Shown one piece after another: positions 1-10,037 of a stretch of 64,000 nucleotides of DNA (within the stretch, counting starts at the first letter, position 1; every line of letters begins with the position of its first letter). Under the pieces are notes generated by a model that saw only the letters and a list, made by a program, of their open reading frames with translations, searched no databases and was not told the DNA's origin. Source of the DNA: Candidatus Hydrogenedentota bacterium (GTDB lineage: Bacteria; Hydrogenedentota; Hydrogenedentia; Hydrogenedentales; SLHB01). Both the position numbers and the translations under genes were made by a program. The stretch is taken from positions 32,001 to 96,000 of the forward strand of contig BTVY01000019.1 in NCBI GenBank assembly GCA_045863335.1. The letters run 5' to 3'.

Positions 1-362
1 AGGTTGGCCGTTTCGGTGGTGGAATCCAGAATCCGCTCGAATTCCGTCCGGAGGCTGTAAAAGACCGATGGGTCGAGGTCCGCTTCGATCAAAAGCTGGA
101 GCATGGTGTTGTAATGGCGAAGCGCGCCCTGTTGGTCACCCGCTTCCTGGGCCTCGTTCGCTCTTCGGAAGGCGGCGTCGGCGGCTTTGAGCAAATCGGT
201 TGCCGTGTCCTTGGAAACCGGATCGAGATCCTGGGCGCCTACCTTGGCGACGGGCACCGGTTCGAACTGGTGGGTTTGGTCTGGCGTGGTCGAACATCCA
301 GCGAAGATGGCAGCGCCGGCGGTCAGAAGCCCGGCGGCTTGCAGGCATGTTGTCTTGCGCAC
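1..362 (-). CDS. Lipoprotein, N-terminal part (continues beyond window start); not in the ORF track
   Basis: Own translation from GTG at 362: MRKTTCLQAAGLLTAGAAIFAGCSTTPDQ... open to position 1; lipobox-like FAGC; AGGAG RBS about 10 nt upstream. Confidence 0.75.
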   Translation of the reverse strand, partial: MRKTTCLQAAGLLTAGAAIFAGCSTTPDQTHQFEPVPVAKVGAQDLDPVSKDTATDLLKAADAAFRRANEAQEAGDQQGALRHYNTMLQLLIEADLDPSVFYSLRTEFERILDSTTETAN

Positions 363-432
363 TGAGCAGCGTTCTCCTATTTCGTAGGGTTGCGCGAGGA
401 GGCAACCGCCTTTGAATCCCTCTCAATTTATG

Positions 433-461
433 AGTTTAGACAACTATAGATTGCGTGTCAA
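433..461 (-). promoter_or_regulatory. sigma70-type promoter for the lipoprotein gene
   Basis: Minus strand reads TTGACA-17 nt-TAAACT. Confidence 0.65.
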
Positions 462-704
462 GAGTAGAATGCGACTATATGTTGCGATTTTCGAGATTTT
501 CGAGTTGTGGTGGTCGGGCGCTCGGCTCGCGCGCTGTGTCCCACCAATCGGTGCCCGGGAAGGTATCTTCACGTTAGCCGGGACTTGGGAACTCGCTCCC
601 CTTCTCCAGAATTGGTGTTGCGACCAACTGGTCCCCCGCGTTCCGGGCAAAGTTGCTGCCCGCGATCCTAGTGGAAACCAGCCGGAATTGCAATGTAGAT
701 GAGA

Positions 705-1721
705 TTATTGGACGCCGCGTATCCGCGCCATCGAAACGTTCAAAACCAGGGCGGCCATGAGAATCGCGCCGCTGATGGACTCTTTGAGGTAGATGTCGAT
801 CTGGACGTGGTTGAGACCGTTGTACAGAATCCCGAGGGTCAACACGCCGACTACCGTGTTCGCGATGCCCCCCTTGCCCCCGAAGAGGGACGTTCCGCCG
901 AGGACAACCGCTGAAATGCAGGCAATCAGCATGTTGTCGAGTCCACCGGCTTGGGCGCTACCGAGACGTCCGATGAGGATGATGCCGGAGAGGCCTGCGG
1001 TGATCGAGCAAATGCACAGGCAGGCGACGAGGGTAAGGGACACATTCACGCCGGACAATTGGGCGGCCTGGCGGTTGCCGCCGACAGCATAGACGCTGCG
1101 CCCGAATCGCGTATAGCGGAGAACGACCAAGGCGATGGCCAAGGCGACGGCCGCCGCAATGGTAATCAGTGGTATTTCAATCCAGGGAATCTGCTCACCG
1201 GCTTCGTTCGTGCCGTGAAGCAGCGGGATGGATTTCGTGCCAACGTAGGCCAGCACCGGGGGAATCTCGAAGATCGGGGTTCCCCGGGTGATGCGCAGGG
1301 ACAACCCCTTGGTGATGAGAAAGAGGGCCAGCGTCATCATGAAAGACGGCACGCCAAGCCGTGCGACGCCGAATCCGTTGAGCAAACCGAATCCCATGCA
1401 CGCAAGCACGGCGATGAGAATGGGCAACGCCTGCACGAGCACGCCGGGCATGGCCCCGCTGGCAGCGAATGATTTGTACAGGTAGGCCGCGAGAACTCCC
1501 GCGAAGATGGCCATGTTTTCGATGCTCAAATCGATCTCGGCCGTGAGCAGAACGAAAGTGATGCCAACGGCCATGATGGCCAGGGCAGAATTCTGGCGCA
1601 GGATATTCAGCAGATTCTCGCTGGTCAGGAAGGTGTCGGTGATCAACGAGAAAAACAGGAACATGGCAACGCACGTGATCAGGGGTGCAAACGCGCCCAA
1701 CTTTCCCAAAAGGTGCTTCAT
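705..1721 (-). CDS. Sugar ABC transporter permease (RbsC/BPD_transp_2 family)
   Basis: EIDLS motif, GRSVYAVGGNRQAAQLSGV, AVVLGGTSLFGGKG; start placed at MKHLLGK with GGAG upstream. Confidence 0.9.
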   Translation of the reverse strand: MKHLLGKLGAFAPLITCVAMFLFFSLITDTFLTSENLLNILRQNSALAIMAVGITFVLLTAEIDLSIENMAIFAGVLAAYLYKSFAASGAMPGVLVQALPILIAVLACMGFGLLNGFGVARLGVPSFMMTLALFLITKGLSLRITRGTPIFEIPPVLAYVGTKSIPLLHGTNEAGEQIPWIEIPLITIAAAVALAIALVVLRYTRFGRSVYAVGGNRQAAQLSGVNVSLTLVACLCICSITAGLSGIILIGRLGSAQAGGLDNMLIACISAVVLGGTSLFGGKGGIANTVVGVLTLGILYNGLNHVQIDIYLKESISGAILMAALVLNVSMARIRGVQ

Positions 1722-1910
1722 GAAACGACTCCGCTCGAATTGACGGGGGTAGCCTATGGTACATCCGGGACTGTCGAAATGGGAAGCACCAGTTTTTCCC
1801 CTTTTGGTTCGCCCCGGCATCGTACGTATGGAAGTCACAGGCGCAGTTTTTGATCGAGAGGCTGTGCGCAAGTATCATCTTGCGGATTGCAACTACTAGG
1901 GGGAATCGTG

Positions 1911-3119
1911 ATGACGACCGAAAACACAACCGGTGAACAGCCCCATGAAGTCAAAGCGGTTCCGCAATGGCGGCTCACGTCGCTGGACGCCCTCCGGGGT
2001 TTCACTATGTTCTGGATTATCGGTTCGGGCGCGTTCTACGACTCGCTCAAGATCATTGCCGAACGGGGCGGGGAGGAGATCAAGGATTTCGCGGTGTTAG
2101 CGAAGTCAGGCGTCGCCGGATTTCTGGCCAATCAACTTGAGCACCGATCCTGGGAAGGGTTCGTTTTTTACGATCTGATTTTTCCCATGTTCATCTTCAT
2201 TATCGGCGTTTCCATCGTGTTCTCGTTGCAGAAGATGCTAGCGCGGGAAGGAAAAGCCGCGGTCTACAAACGAGTATTCAAGCGTTTCGCGCTCTTGTTC
2301 CTGCTCGGTGTCTTCTACGACGAAGGCATGGCGAAGTTCTACGAGTACACGGACGCGGGAATGGTGGACTACAGCGATTTCGATGAGAACGTCTTGTGCG
2401 GCGTGCTACAGCGGCTGGCCCTGTGTTACCTCCTGACGAGTCTGCTCTTTATCCACCTTCGGCTGAAGGGGCTCATCGCCGTCTTCGTGACGATCATGAT
2501 CGCGTACTGGGCGATTTGCTCCTTCGTGCCCGCGCCCGACGAGCCGGAATACTCGCTGGCGAAGAACCACAACATCTCCCACTGGATCGACAAGCAGATT
2601 CCGCCGTACTACGGAACCGATCCGGAGGGATACTTCAGCACCTTCCCGGCGGTTTGCTCCTGCTTACTGGGCGTTTTCACCGCTTTTCTGATTCGGAGTC
2701 AATCCGTCCCCGATCAGAAGAAAGTTCTGTACATGTTCGGGACGGGTGTTGCGATGATTCTTCTGGGGTATCTGTGGAGTTACCAGTTCCCAATCATCAA
2801 GCGACTCTGGACATCCTCGTATGTGTTGGTGGCCGGGGGATACAGCCTGGTTCTGCTTGCGATCTTCTACCAGATCATCGACATCTGGCAGATTCGCAAG
2901 TGGTCCACGCCGTTCATCTGGATTGGCGCGAACCCGCTGACGATCTACATGGCGACCAACATTGTGGATTTTGAAGCCCTGGCAGATCGCTTTGTTGGGG
3001 GTCCGGTGCGGGAATCTCTGGGAATCTACGGCCCGCTCCTGAATACGACTGTGTCCGTCGCGCTGTGCATCTGGCTCGTTCGTTTCCTGTACAAACGGCA
3101 GATCTTCCTGCGCGTTTAG
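1911..3119 (+). CDS. Heparan-alpha-glucosaminide N-acetyltransferase-like membrane protein (NagX/DUF5009-like)
   Basis: RLTSLDALRG, DLIFPMFIFIIG, GVLQRLA, DPEG and PIIKRLWTSSYVL motifs. Confidence 0.85.
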   Translation: MTTENTTGEQPHEVKAVPQWRLTSLDALRGFTMFWIIGSGAFYDSLKIIAERGGEEIKDFAVLAKSGVAGFLANQLEHRSWEGFVFYDLIFPMFIFIIGVSIVFSLQKMLAREGKAAVYKRVFKRFALLFLLGVFYDEGMAKFYEYTDAGMVDYSDFDENVLCGVLQRLALCYLLTSLLFIHLRLKGLIAVFVTIMIAYWAICSFVPAPDEPEYSLAKNHNISHWIDKQIPPYYGTDPEGYFSTFPAVCSCLLGVFTAFLIRSQSVPDQKKVLYMFGTGVAMILLGYLWSYQFPIIKRLWTSSYVLVAGGYSLVLLAIFYQIIDIWQIRKWSTPFIWIGANPLTIYMATNIVDFEALADRFVGGPVRESLGIYGPLLNTTVSVALCIWLVRFLYKRQIFLRV

Positions 3120-3358
3120 CCGTCTTGAACGCTCATCACCGAGCCCTCCGCTTGCTTTTTCCTGCGGAGGGCTCGAACGCTTGTGAGCCGACACACCGTC
3201 GGCTGGTCATCGAATCGGCAAACCCGTACAATCGCGGGCGGTGACGGACACGGGATGCCTTCATGGGTCAAGCCACGAGATCTCATTCGCGTCTTTATTC
3301 TGGCCGGGGTCCGGTGAATCCTGTTCCAGTAACCGCTTTGCCCCGGACGGCGGACATC

Positions 3359-5035
3359 ATGGGTGTTCCCAATCCAATCCTCGTGGCCATTCTGTGGTTG
3401 TGGCCGATTCCAGTGCTGTTCGTCGTTTGGCGTTATTTACGGAAGTTGCCAACCGCTCCAGAGCCCGAGCCCGAGCCCGAGTGGTTTGGCCGGCCATTGA
3501 AAGTGCCGCTGGACAGTCTGGACAAGCTGAGCCTGACGATTCTATTTGCGCTCTTCGTCCTGGTTTGGATTGGCCGAAATTCGATCTTCCCCGTTCCGCC
3601 GGATTCGTACTACCACCTCATGGTCGCCCGGCAAATCTACGAGACCCATTCTGTACCGCTGTGGAATTCCTGGGAATGGGCGCCGCTGGGGCGTCCGCAC
3701 CTCTACCCGCCGCTGTACCACGTTTTGCTGGCTCTTTTTGCCGTGCCCTTCAATGGCGATCTACTCGCGGCTTTTCGCAACCTGCAACCGGCCATGCTGC
3801 CCTTTGCGCATTTAACAACCTGGTACCTGGCGCGGTGGTTGTTTGACTCGCGCCGCGCCTTTATTGCGCTTCTGATCGTTGGGCTAGAACCCGTGCTGGT
3901 CACGTCGTCCGCACTGGGCATGCCGGGTGTCTTGGTGACCTCGTGGGTGAGCTTGCTGGTGGTGTTCTTCCTTTCGGGACGGTGGATCCTTGCCTGCGCG
4001 ATGTTAACCGTCGCGTTTTACACCCATCTCGGCATTCCCGCGCTGACGCTCATCGGGCTCGGATTGTTCTGCCTGGTTCGGCGCCAGTATTTGACGCGCT
4101 ATGTCGGAATGGCGTTGACGGCGCTTGCACTGGCGTCGCCGTGGTTCATCCGAATCTACGTCTTTCGGGACTGGTTCACCCATCCGCTCGACGCGGGCCT
4201 GTACGGCATCATCGAACCGTGGAAGTTGCCGTTCATCAAGCTCGCCTGGCTTCAGATGATCAATCTCTTCGTCGTGCTTCTCGTGATTCTCGCGGTTCCG
4301 CAGATCCGCTGGCGCGAGACCCGCAACCTCGTCCTGCTCTGCCTGCTCATCGGTTTCCTGCCGATGCTGCTCAGTTACGGCGGTCGATACTACATTCACA
4401 CCATCCACTTGTGGGCGATCTTCGCCGCGGTGCCATTTCTTGGCTTTGCCGGCGAACCCCTGCGATGGCGGCGCGTCGGCGCGCTGGCCTTGCTTGCGCT
4501 GTGTCCGGCGCCATCCCTCATCGGCCACGGGACGCCCTATCCCCCCGGCGTGTACCCCATGCCGTCGGCGTGGATGGTCGGGCCGGTGGTGGCCGCGGGC
4601 GGACTGAAAGTCCTAGATGGCGGAGGTGGATTGGGCTTCGCATCGTTGGAGGACTGCCAGACCGTGGCTGAAGAGATCCAGGCCAAGACTGAGCCGGACC
4701 AGATTGTCTATTTCACCTGGGATCGCGACCTCGGAGTCGCGATCGGCTACCTCAGCGGACACCCCATCGATACCGGGGCCTGGGAGGAGACCATGCCCGA
4801 TGAACTCAGCCGCAATTTGATCCGGTGGTACGCGTTCAACGACAAGACCCCCTGTTATGTGTCCCGCATGGGGTATGGCGTGCCTCACCAGATTGAAGAG
4901 CGCGAAATCGCCGGTATGTATATGGGACTTCGCGCCGCCGAGGAACCGGGTGAGGGCGACAGGCGCGACGCGGAAAAGAAGAAGCGTCACCAGAAGAGGC
5001 GCGAACAGCGGGAAGCGAAGGAATCGACGTCATGA
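3359..5035 (+). CDS. Polytopic membrane protein, GT-C glycosyltransferase-like
   Basis: PDSYYH after the early TM segments, YPPLYH, many TM helices; start uncertain (3263 or 3359). Confidence 0.6.
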   Translation: MGVPNPILVAILWLWPIPVLFVVWRYLRKLPTAPEPEPEPEWFGRPLKVPLDSLDKLSLTILFALFVLVWIGRNSIFPVPPDSYYHLMVARQIYETHSVPLWNSWEWAPLGRPHLYPPLYHVLLALFAVPFNGDLLAAFRNLQPAMLPFAHLTTWYLARWLFDSRRAFIALLIVGLEPVLVTSSALGMPGVLVTSWVSLLVVFFLSGRWILACAMLTVAFYTHLGIPALTLIGLGLFCLVRRQYLTRYVGMALTALALASPWFIRIYVFRDWFTHPLDAGLYGIIEPWKLPFIKLAWLQMINLFVVLLVILAVPQIRWRETRNLVLLCLLIGFLPMLLSYGGRYYIHTIHLWAIFAAVPFLGFAGEPLRWRRVGALALLALCPAPSLIGHGTPYPPGVYPMPSAWMVGPVVAAGGLKVLDGGGGLGFASLEDCQTVAEEIQAKTEPDQIVYFTWDRDLGVAIGYLSGHPIDTGAWEETMPDELSRNLIRWYAFNDKTPCYVSRMGYGVPHQIEEREIAGMYMGLRAAEEPGEGDRRDAEKKKRHQKRREQREAKESTS

Positions 5036-7419
5036 GAATCGTCTTGGCTCTTATCATGCTGGCCGTGCCGTTTTTGGCGGCGAGTGCGGATGCTCCCTGC
5101 CAATACGCTTTCACCCTCTGGAACTGGGAGAAGGGTTACCGTGACCTGGTATTCTTCCGGAACCAGATCGATGCCTGCGTCGACGCGGGGTTCAACGTGA
5201 TTGAACTGGGTGCCGGATGGCCGGACTGTGAACCCGAACCGGGCCGCTTTGATTTCTCGATGGTCGACGAACGCGTAAGTTACGTCCGCGAAAAAGGATT
5301 AGATATCCGGTTGCGCGTCGACGTGAGCCATTGGCCGGACTGGTTTGAACCGGAGCTGTTTCAGAATCCGGACGGAACGGTTTTCATTCCGGAACGCGGC
5401 TATCTGAGTGTTTTCAGTCATCGCAACCGCGAACATCAGCTTCGGTTCGTGAGCGCACTCGCATCACACTTCGCAAATCGCGGTTTCACGTACACGCCGG
5501 GCTTCAGCGTCCACATGGAGGTCAAATTCGCGGCGTGGAACTCGTACGAGCCCGCGGCCAAGAGCGCGTTTCGCGATTGGTTAGTGGGGCGATACGAATC
5601 CATCGAGGATCTGAATCGGACGTGGCGCACCGGGTTCGGCCATTTCGACGCGATCGACCCCCCGGTGCCCGGCGCGACGTCGGGTGAGCCGGACTTGAGT
5701 CCAGCGGTGCGCGACTGGATTCTGTTCCGGGAACAGGCGCTCCGGAATTGGGTGGAGGGGTTCGCACATACCGTTCGCACGAGCGACGCCTCCGCGAAGA
5801 TCTCCGTGCCACTGGGCGAGAGCTACCGGCGCGAATCCGCAGCCTTTGCCAATCTCGACTACTGGGGGTATTCGCGCGCGGCGGACGAGGTTGTCCACTC
5901 CTATGACTTCTTCTGGCATGGGCCCGGCGGCAAGGCGCAGGTGCAGACTGCCGTTGAGACCATGACTGGGATCACGCAGCTCCCGGTTGTGCTGGAGATT
6001 GACGGCCCCTACGCAATCGAGCACTTTGGATACACAACAGACGACTATGAAGACGTCGGACGGCTGGCGCGCTTGGCCGGTGCCGCGGGGATTCAAGTGA
6101 CGAACTGGGGCAGCACGGATGTCCGCACGCAGGACTGGATGACGCGACTCAGAGAGAGCCTCCGAAATCTTGACGTGGATGACGGTTCGGTCGCACAGCC
6201 GGAAGTCCTCTACTACGTTTCCAAGTGGCAGAATTACGCCCATCGCGAAGCGGACGAATGGCTGTATGGGCGCCAGTTTGGCCTGCTTGGCGCACTGCGC
6301 GCGGCGGGGATTTCCACGCGAGTCGTGACAGACGAGAATATTTTGACCGAGCCGCTCACCGCAGACGCGTTGTTTATCCCCTATGCGCCGCTAATCGACG
6401 CGCCAGTCCGCGATCGGCTTCGTACCCTATCCTATGGTATGCGTGTCGTTTCTCATGACCCGGTTGGTTTGTACACGACAACGGCGAAGACGGAAGGCCA
6501 GTTTGGGGCGAAGATCGAGCGCTTGGATAATGCGTGGCCCGCGGAAAAAGATGCGCTGGGTGCATTGGTTCAGGGGAATGGGGAGTCTCGTCGGCTGCGA
6601 GTTGCGGCTGCGCAGTTTCACACAAAGTTTGATGTGGCCTACAACACGGATCGCATCGTGAATTTATTGTGCGAAGCGGCCGAACGCGATGTGGATGTGG
6701 TCGCATTTACGGAGATGGCGCTTACCGGCTATTCCAAACGGGCCGAGTTCGCGGATTCCATCGACTGGGATTTGATCGACGCGAGTTTTCAACGCATTCG
6801 CGAGTCGTGCCGGGAGTATGGCGTGTACGCGATTCTGGGTGCGCCGACGCGCGACGGGGATGCGTTGTTCTGTTCGGCGATTGCCATCGATCCCTCCGGG
6901 GAGATTATCGATGTTTACGAGAAAACCTTTCTCGCCGGAGAGCAGTGGGCCACGCCGGGCCGGAAGTTCACCATGTTTCCGATTCGCGACGTGCAATGCG
7001 GAACCTTCATCTGTCACGACGAGCGCTATCCGCATTTGGTGCAACTGCGCGCGCTGGCCGGGGCACAGTTGTTCTTTTATATCTCGTGCGAATCCGGCCT
7101 GGCAGACGAACACAAGATAGGCCCCTATCGCGCGCAGATCCAGGCTCGGGCCGTGGAGAATGGCGTGTACATCGTGCATGCGAATACCCCTGCCCGCTCG
7201 GACGACTGGTCCGCGGGAGACGCGTCGCATGGGCAGAGCCGGGTTGTCGCACCGGACGGCAACCTGCTCGCGGAAGGGAGCATGGATGGAGAGGAGCTGG
7301 TTGCCGCCGATATCGATCTGCAACATGCCCGCAAAGGTGGAATGGGTGCGGCGCTCACGTCAGGCCCGGCGGCACAATGGATTCGCGACGGGGTCCAATT
7401 AATCGGCGAGCGGGAGTAG
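5032..7419 (+). CDS. Secreted GH42-like (beta-galactosidase-type) domain fused to a carbon-nitrogen hydrolase domain
   Basis: Signal peptide; EPEPGRFDFS and FRDWLVGRYESIEDLNRTW (GH42-like); C-terminal E-K-C triad (FTEMAL, YEKTFL, ICHDERYP). Confidence 0.8.
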   Translation: MRIVLALIMLAVPFLAASADAPCQYAFTLWNWEKGYRDLVFFRNQIDACVDAGFNVIELGAGWPDCEPEPGRFDFSMVDERVSYVREKGLDIRLRVDVSHWPDWFEPELFQNPDGTVFIPERGYLSVFSHRNREHQLRFVSALASHFANRGFTYTPGFSVHMEVKFAAWNSYEPAAKSAFRDWLVGRYESIEDLNRTWRTGFGHFDAIDPPVPGATSGEPDLSPAVRDWILFREQALRNWVEGFAHTVRTSDASAKISVPLGESYRRESAAFANLDYWGYSRAADEVVHSYDFFWHGPGGKAQVQTAVETMTGITQLPVVLEIDGPYAIEHFGYTTDDYEDVGRLARLAGAAGIQVTNWGSTDVRTQDWMTRLRESLRNLDVDDGSVAQPEVLYYVSKWQNYAHREADEWLYGRQFGLLGALRAAGISTRVVTDENILTEPLTADALFIPYAPLIDAPVRDRLRTLSYGMRVVSHDPVGLYTTTAKTEGQFGAKIERLDNAWPAEKDALGALVQGNGESRRLRVAAAQFHTKFDVAYNTDRIVNLLCEAAERDVDVVAFTEMALTGYSKRAEFADSIDWDLIDASFQRIRESCREYGVYAILGAPTRDGDALFCSAIAIDPSGEIIDVYEKTFLAGEQWATPGRKFTMFPIRDVQCGTFICHDERYPHLVQLRALAGAQLFFYISCESGLADEHKIGPYRAQIQARAVENGVYIVHANTPARSDDWSAGDASHGQSRVVAPDGNLLAEGSMDGEELVAADIDLQHARKGGMGAALTSGPAAQWIRDGVQLIGERE

Positions 7420-9993
7420 GCCGGGCGCCGCGCCCGTCGGTCCGTTCGGCGTCAGATCCGCCCCGTCGAGCGTGCCGTCGCCGTCGGTGTCCGGATTCAA
7501 TGGGTCGACATCGACTCCGTCGGGCACACCGTCTCCATCGGTGTCGGGATCCAGACGGTCCGTTTCCCCGGGATCGACGACGCCGTCCTGATCGGGGTCT
7601 TCCCGGTCGTCCGCAAAGCCGTCGTCGTCGAGGTCCTGAACGTCCACGCCAGCATCGCCGAGCCACGCGAACAAGTCCGCCGCGAACTGTCTATCCTCCA
7701 TCGCCTCCAGATTTTGTGATTCGAGCGGTTCGCGCGACGCGAGCACCGCAATCCGGCCGGAACCCAACCTTCGAGCCGCGAAACCGGCGTATCGGCCATC
7801 GGGAGTGGCCATCAGCACTTGCCACGGCGGTTCGGCCTGAAGCGCGACCGCTTCCGATACGCGCCACGACCTCGTCTCTCGGGTGAGGGGGGTGTTCGCG
7901 GCGCGCACGAATTGTCCGGGTGCCGATCCATTGGGAATCAGCAGCAAGCCAGCGGGCCCGAGCCAGCGCGCGACGCGCTCGCGATTCGGTTCATTTACGG
8001 ATTGCGGGAGGTAGACCAGCGCGCCTCCGCGGGAAACATAGTCGAGCACCGCTTGCCGCGTTACCATGCCGGTGACGACTGCCTCCGAGTCAAGCACCAC
8101 GACCGCGTATGGCGTCAGCGGCGTCGCGATCGGAACTTCAGCCAGATGATGGCTGAAGTGTAGCGGCGGCGCGGCGAGAAGATCGGCCAACATTTTGAAT
8201 CCCAGAGGGTCGCTTGTGTGGCGGAGATCGTTCCTGGTCGGGCGCCCCAAAACCCAAAGCACTCTCCGAACCAGTGGATGGGACGGAGCGACCCGCACCG
8301 CAATGCGGTATTGCTGGCGCGCGCCGTCTGGCGAATCCGGATCGAGATACAAGTTGATCGAACCGGAAGCGGTCGAACCTCGTTCGTACAACTGTTTGTC
8401 CACGCCCATAAGAAACCAGCCGCGTCCATTACCGGTTTGCGGGTACAGGCTGAGCCAGGGGATCTGGCGGCGATCCCAGTCGACGCGCCATCGTGTCTGG
8501 GCGTCATCCGGGATGACCTGCACGGCGCGCAATTCGCTTCCTGCGGATTCGCCCCGGAGCCGGACAAAGTGCGGCGGTGGAACTTCCAACGCCGCCATGC
8601 TTTCCACCGCGTCCGAATCGTACAACGGAGTGCCGGCGAGTGGCACGATTGCGTTGATGATGCCTGTTTGAATCGCGGTCACAAGTCGCGGCTTCATTTC
8701 GCCAGTCACGGGTTCGATGGCGTGGACGCGGTTGGCTTCCCCCGCGAGAAGGGAATGGCCCGCCCACGCCAGCGCATTCACTCTCGACTCGAACCGAAAG
8801 GGCGTTCCTCCGGGGGCGCCGCCCGGCCAGACTTCAACGCGGTTTCCGATGGCAACGGCCACGGCGCTTCCTGTCCGTGCTACAGCGAGCAGCAACGGTC
8901 CATCCGTTCCTGTGAAAGGATACTCGGCGAGCTTCTCAATTCCGGACACGCTGGCTCGCAGTTGGGTCAGGTAGGCAAATCCGCTATGCGGCTCACGCGT
9001 GGAGACCCAGAACGTGCCGTCGCCGGATACTTGGACCGGCGTTAATTCGGGATTGGCAACTCCTTTAAGTTCGAGAATGGACCCCGCGGCTTCCCACGTG
9101 TCCGGATCAACGGCGCACACCCGCGTGGCGTCGCTGAACGATTGACGGTCGGAACCGGGACCCGTGGCGAGGACAACGATCTCTCCGGTCGCCGATGTCT
9201 GGACCAGAGCGGCCGGCGTATATTCGGGATGACCGGGGTAGAGGTCCAGGCGCTCCATGACAACTTCTCCGCGCTCGAGATCGCGCACATGGAGAACAGC
9301 GCCTTCGGGGCCAGTCCCGCACAGAACCGCTACATCGTTTCGCCCGGCCAACACGATCGCCGCAGCCGGACTTCCCGGAAGCAACCACGACGCGGCTTTC
9401 TCGACGATAGTCGCAGGACGTTCTCGCGTTAACCTGTGAACTTCCACGCGGCCCGGCCCGACAGATTCCGGATTCTGCGGCGTGGTCAGTGTGACGAGCA
9501 GTGGGTTTCGTTCGTTCTCCGGCGGGACTAAGGCTGCCGCCCGGTGTGACCAGCCAACGTCGGATATCGACCAAGAAAAGGGCGCGAGATACCCCGTCGC
9601 GTCATCAACCAAGGTGACGAAGGTGGCGGAGGGGGCCGTACTGTCGGTATAGCGTTCTTCCGTGGTGATGGCGACGGATGAGTAAGTCTCCGAACACAGC
9701 GGAAATCCGAGAGGCCGGTTTCCAGGCAACAGCATTGGGGATGAAATCGCCTCTCCGGACCCGATATCGAGGGCCTGAGTATAGACGCGCGCCGCTTCGC
9801 CCATAGCGTCGAGAGTGGTCGTCTCGATGAGCGCAACGGGTCCTCCCGTCACGAATTCTGGACCTTGCGGTTGCGCGAGGGACGCGCATGCCACGCAGAG
9901 AAGAAACGCAAGAAACGCAACGGCAGGGTTCACCGAGAAAGTGCGACGTTTCCTTCGCTCATCGTATCTCCATTTGTCCGCGCGTAAGGCCAT
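7399..9993 (-). CDS. Large exported protein with C-terminal DxDxDG Ca-binding repeats
   Basis: N-terminal hydrophobic segment; repeats DLDDDG, DPDQDG, DTDGDG x2. Confidence 0.65.
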   Translation of the reverse strand: MALRADKWRYDERRKRRTFSVNPAVAFLAFLLCVACASLAQPQGPEFVTGGPVALIETTTLDAMGEAARVYTQALDIGSGEAISSPMLLPGNRPLGFPLCSETYSSVAITTEERYTDSTAPSATFVTLVDDATGYLAPFSWSISDVGWSHRAAALVPPENERNPLLVTLTTPQNPESVGPGRVEVHRLTRERPATIVEKAASWLLPGSPAAAIVLAGRNDVAVLCGTGPEGAVLHVRDLERGEVVMERLDLYPGHPEYTPAALVQTSATGEIVVLATGPGSDRQSFSDATRVCAVDPDTWEAAGSILELKGVANPELTPVQVSGDGTFWVSTREPHSGFAYLTQLRASVSGIEKLAEYPFTGTDGPLLLAVARTGSAVAVAIGNRVEVWPGGAPGGTPFRFESRVNALAWAGHSLLAGEANRVHAIEPVTGEMKPRLVTAIQTGIINAIVPLAGTPLYDSDAVESMAALEVPPPHFVRLRGESAGSELRAVQVIPDDAQTRWRVDWDRRQIPWLSLYPQTGNGRGWFLMGVDKQLYERGSTASGSINLYLDPDSPDGARQQYRIAVRVAPSHPLVRRVLWVLGRPTRNDLRHTSDPLGFKMLADLLAAPPLHFSHHLAEVPIATPLTPYAVVVLDSEAVVTGMVTRQAVLDYVSRGGALVYLPQSVNEPNRERVARWLGPAGLLLIPNGSAPGQFVRAANTPLTRETRSWRVSEAVALQAEPPWQVLMATPDGRYAGFAARRLGSGRIAVLASREPLESQNLEAMEDRQFAADLFAWLGDAGVDVQDLDDDGFADDREDPDQDGVVDPGETDRLDPDTDGDGVPDGVDVDPLNPDTDGDGTLDGADLTPNGPTGAAPGLLPLAD

Positions 9994-10037
9994 AGGACGG
10001 CATCATAAACGAGATCCGGCACGGGAAGCTCGCGAGA

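Noticed and set aside
412-702. 96-aa ORF in the first intergenic region
   Set aside because: TTG start, no RBS or motifs, and it overlaps the promoter of the minus-strand gene
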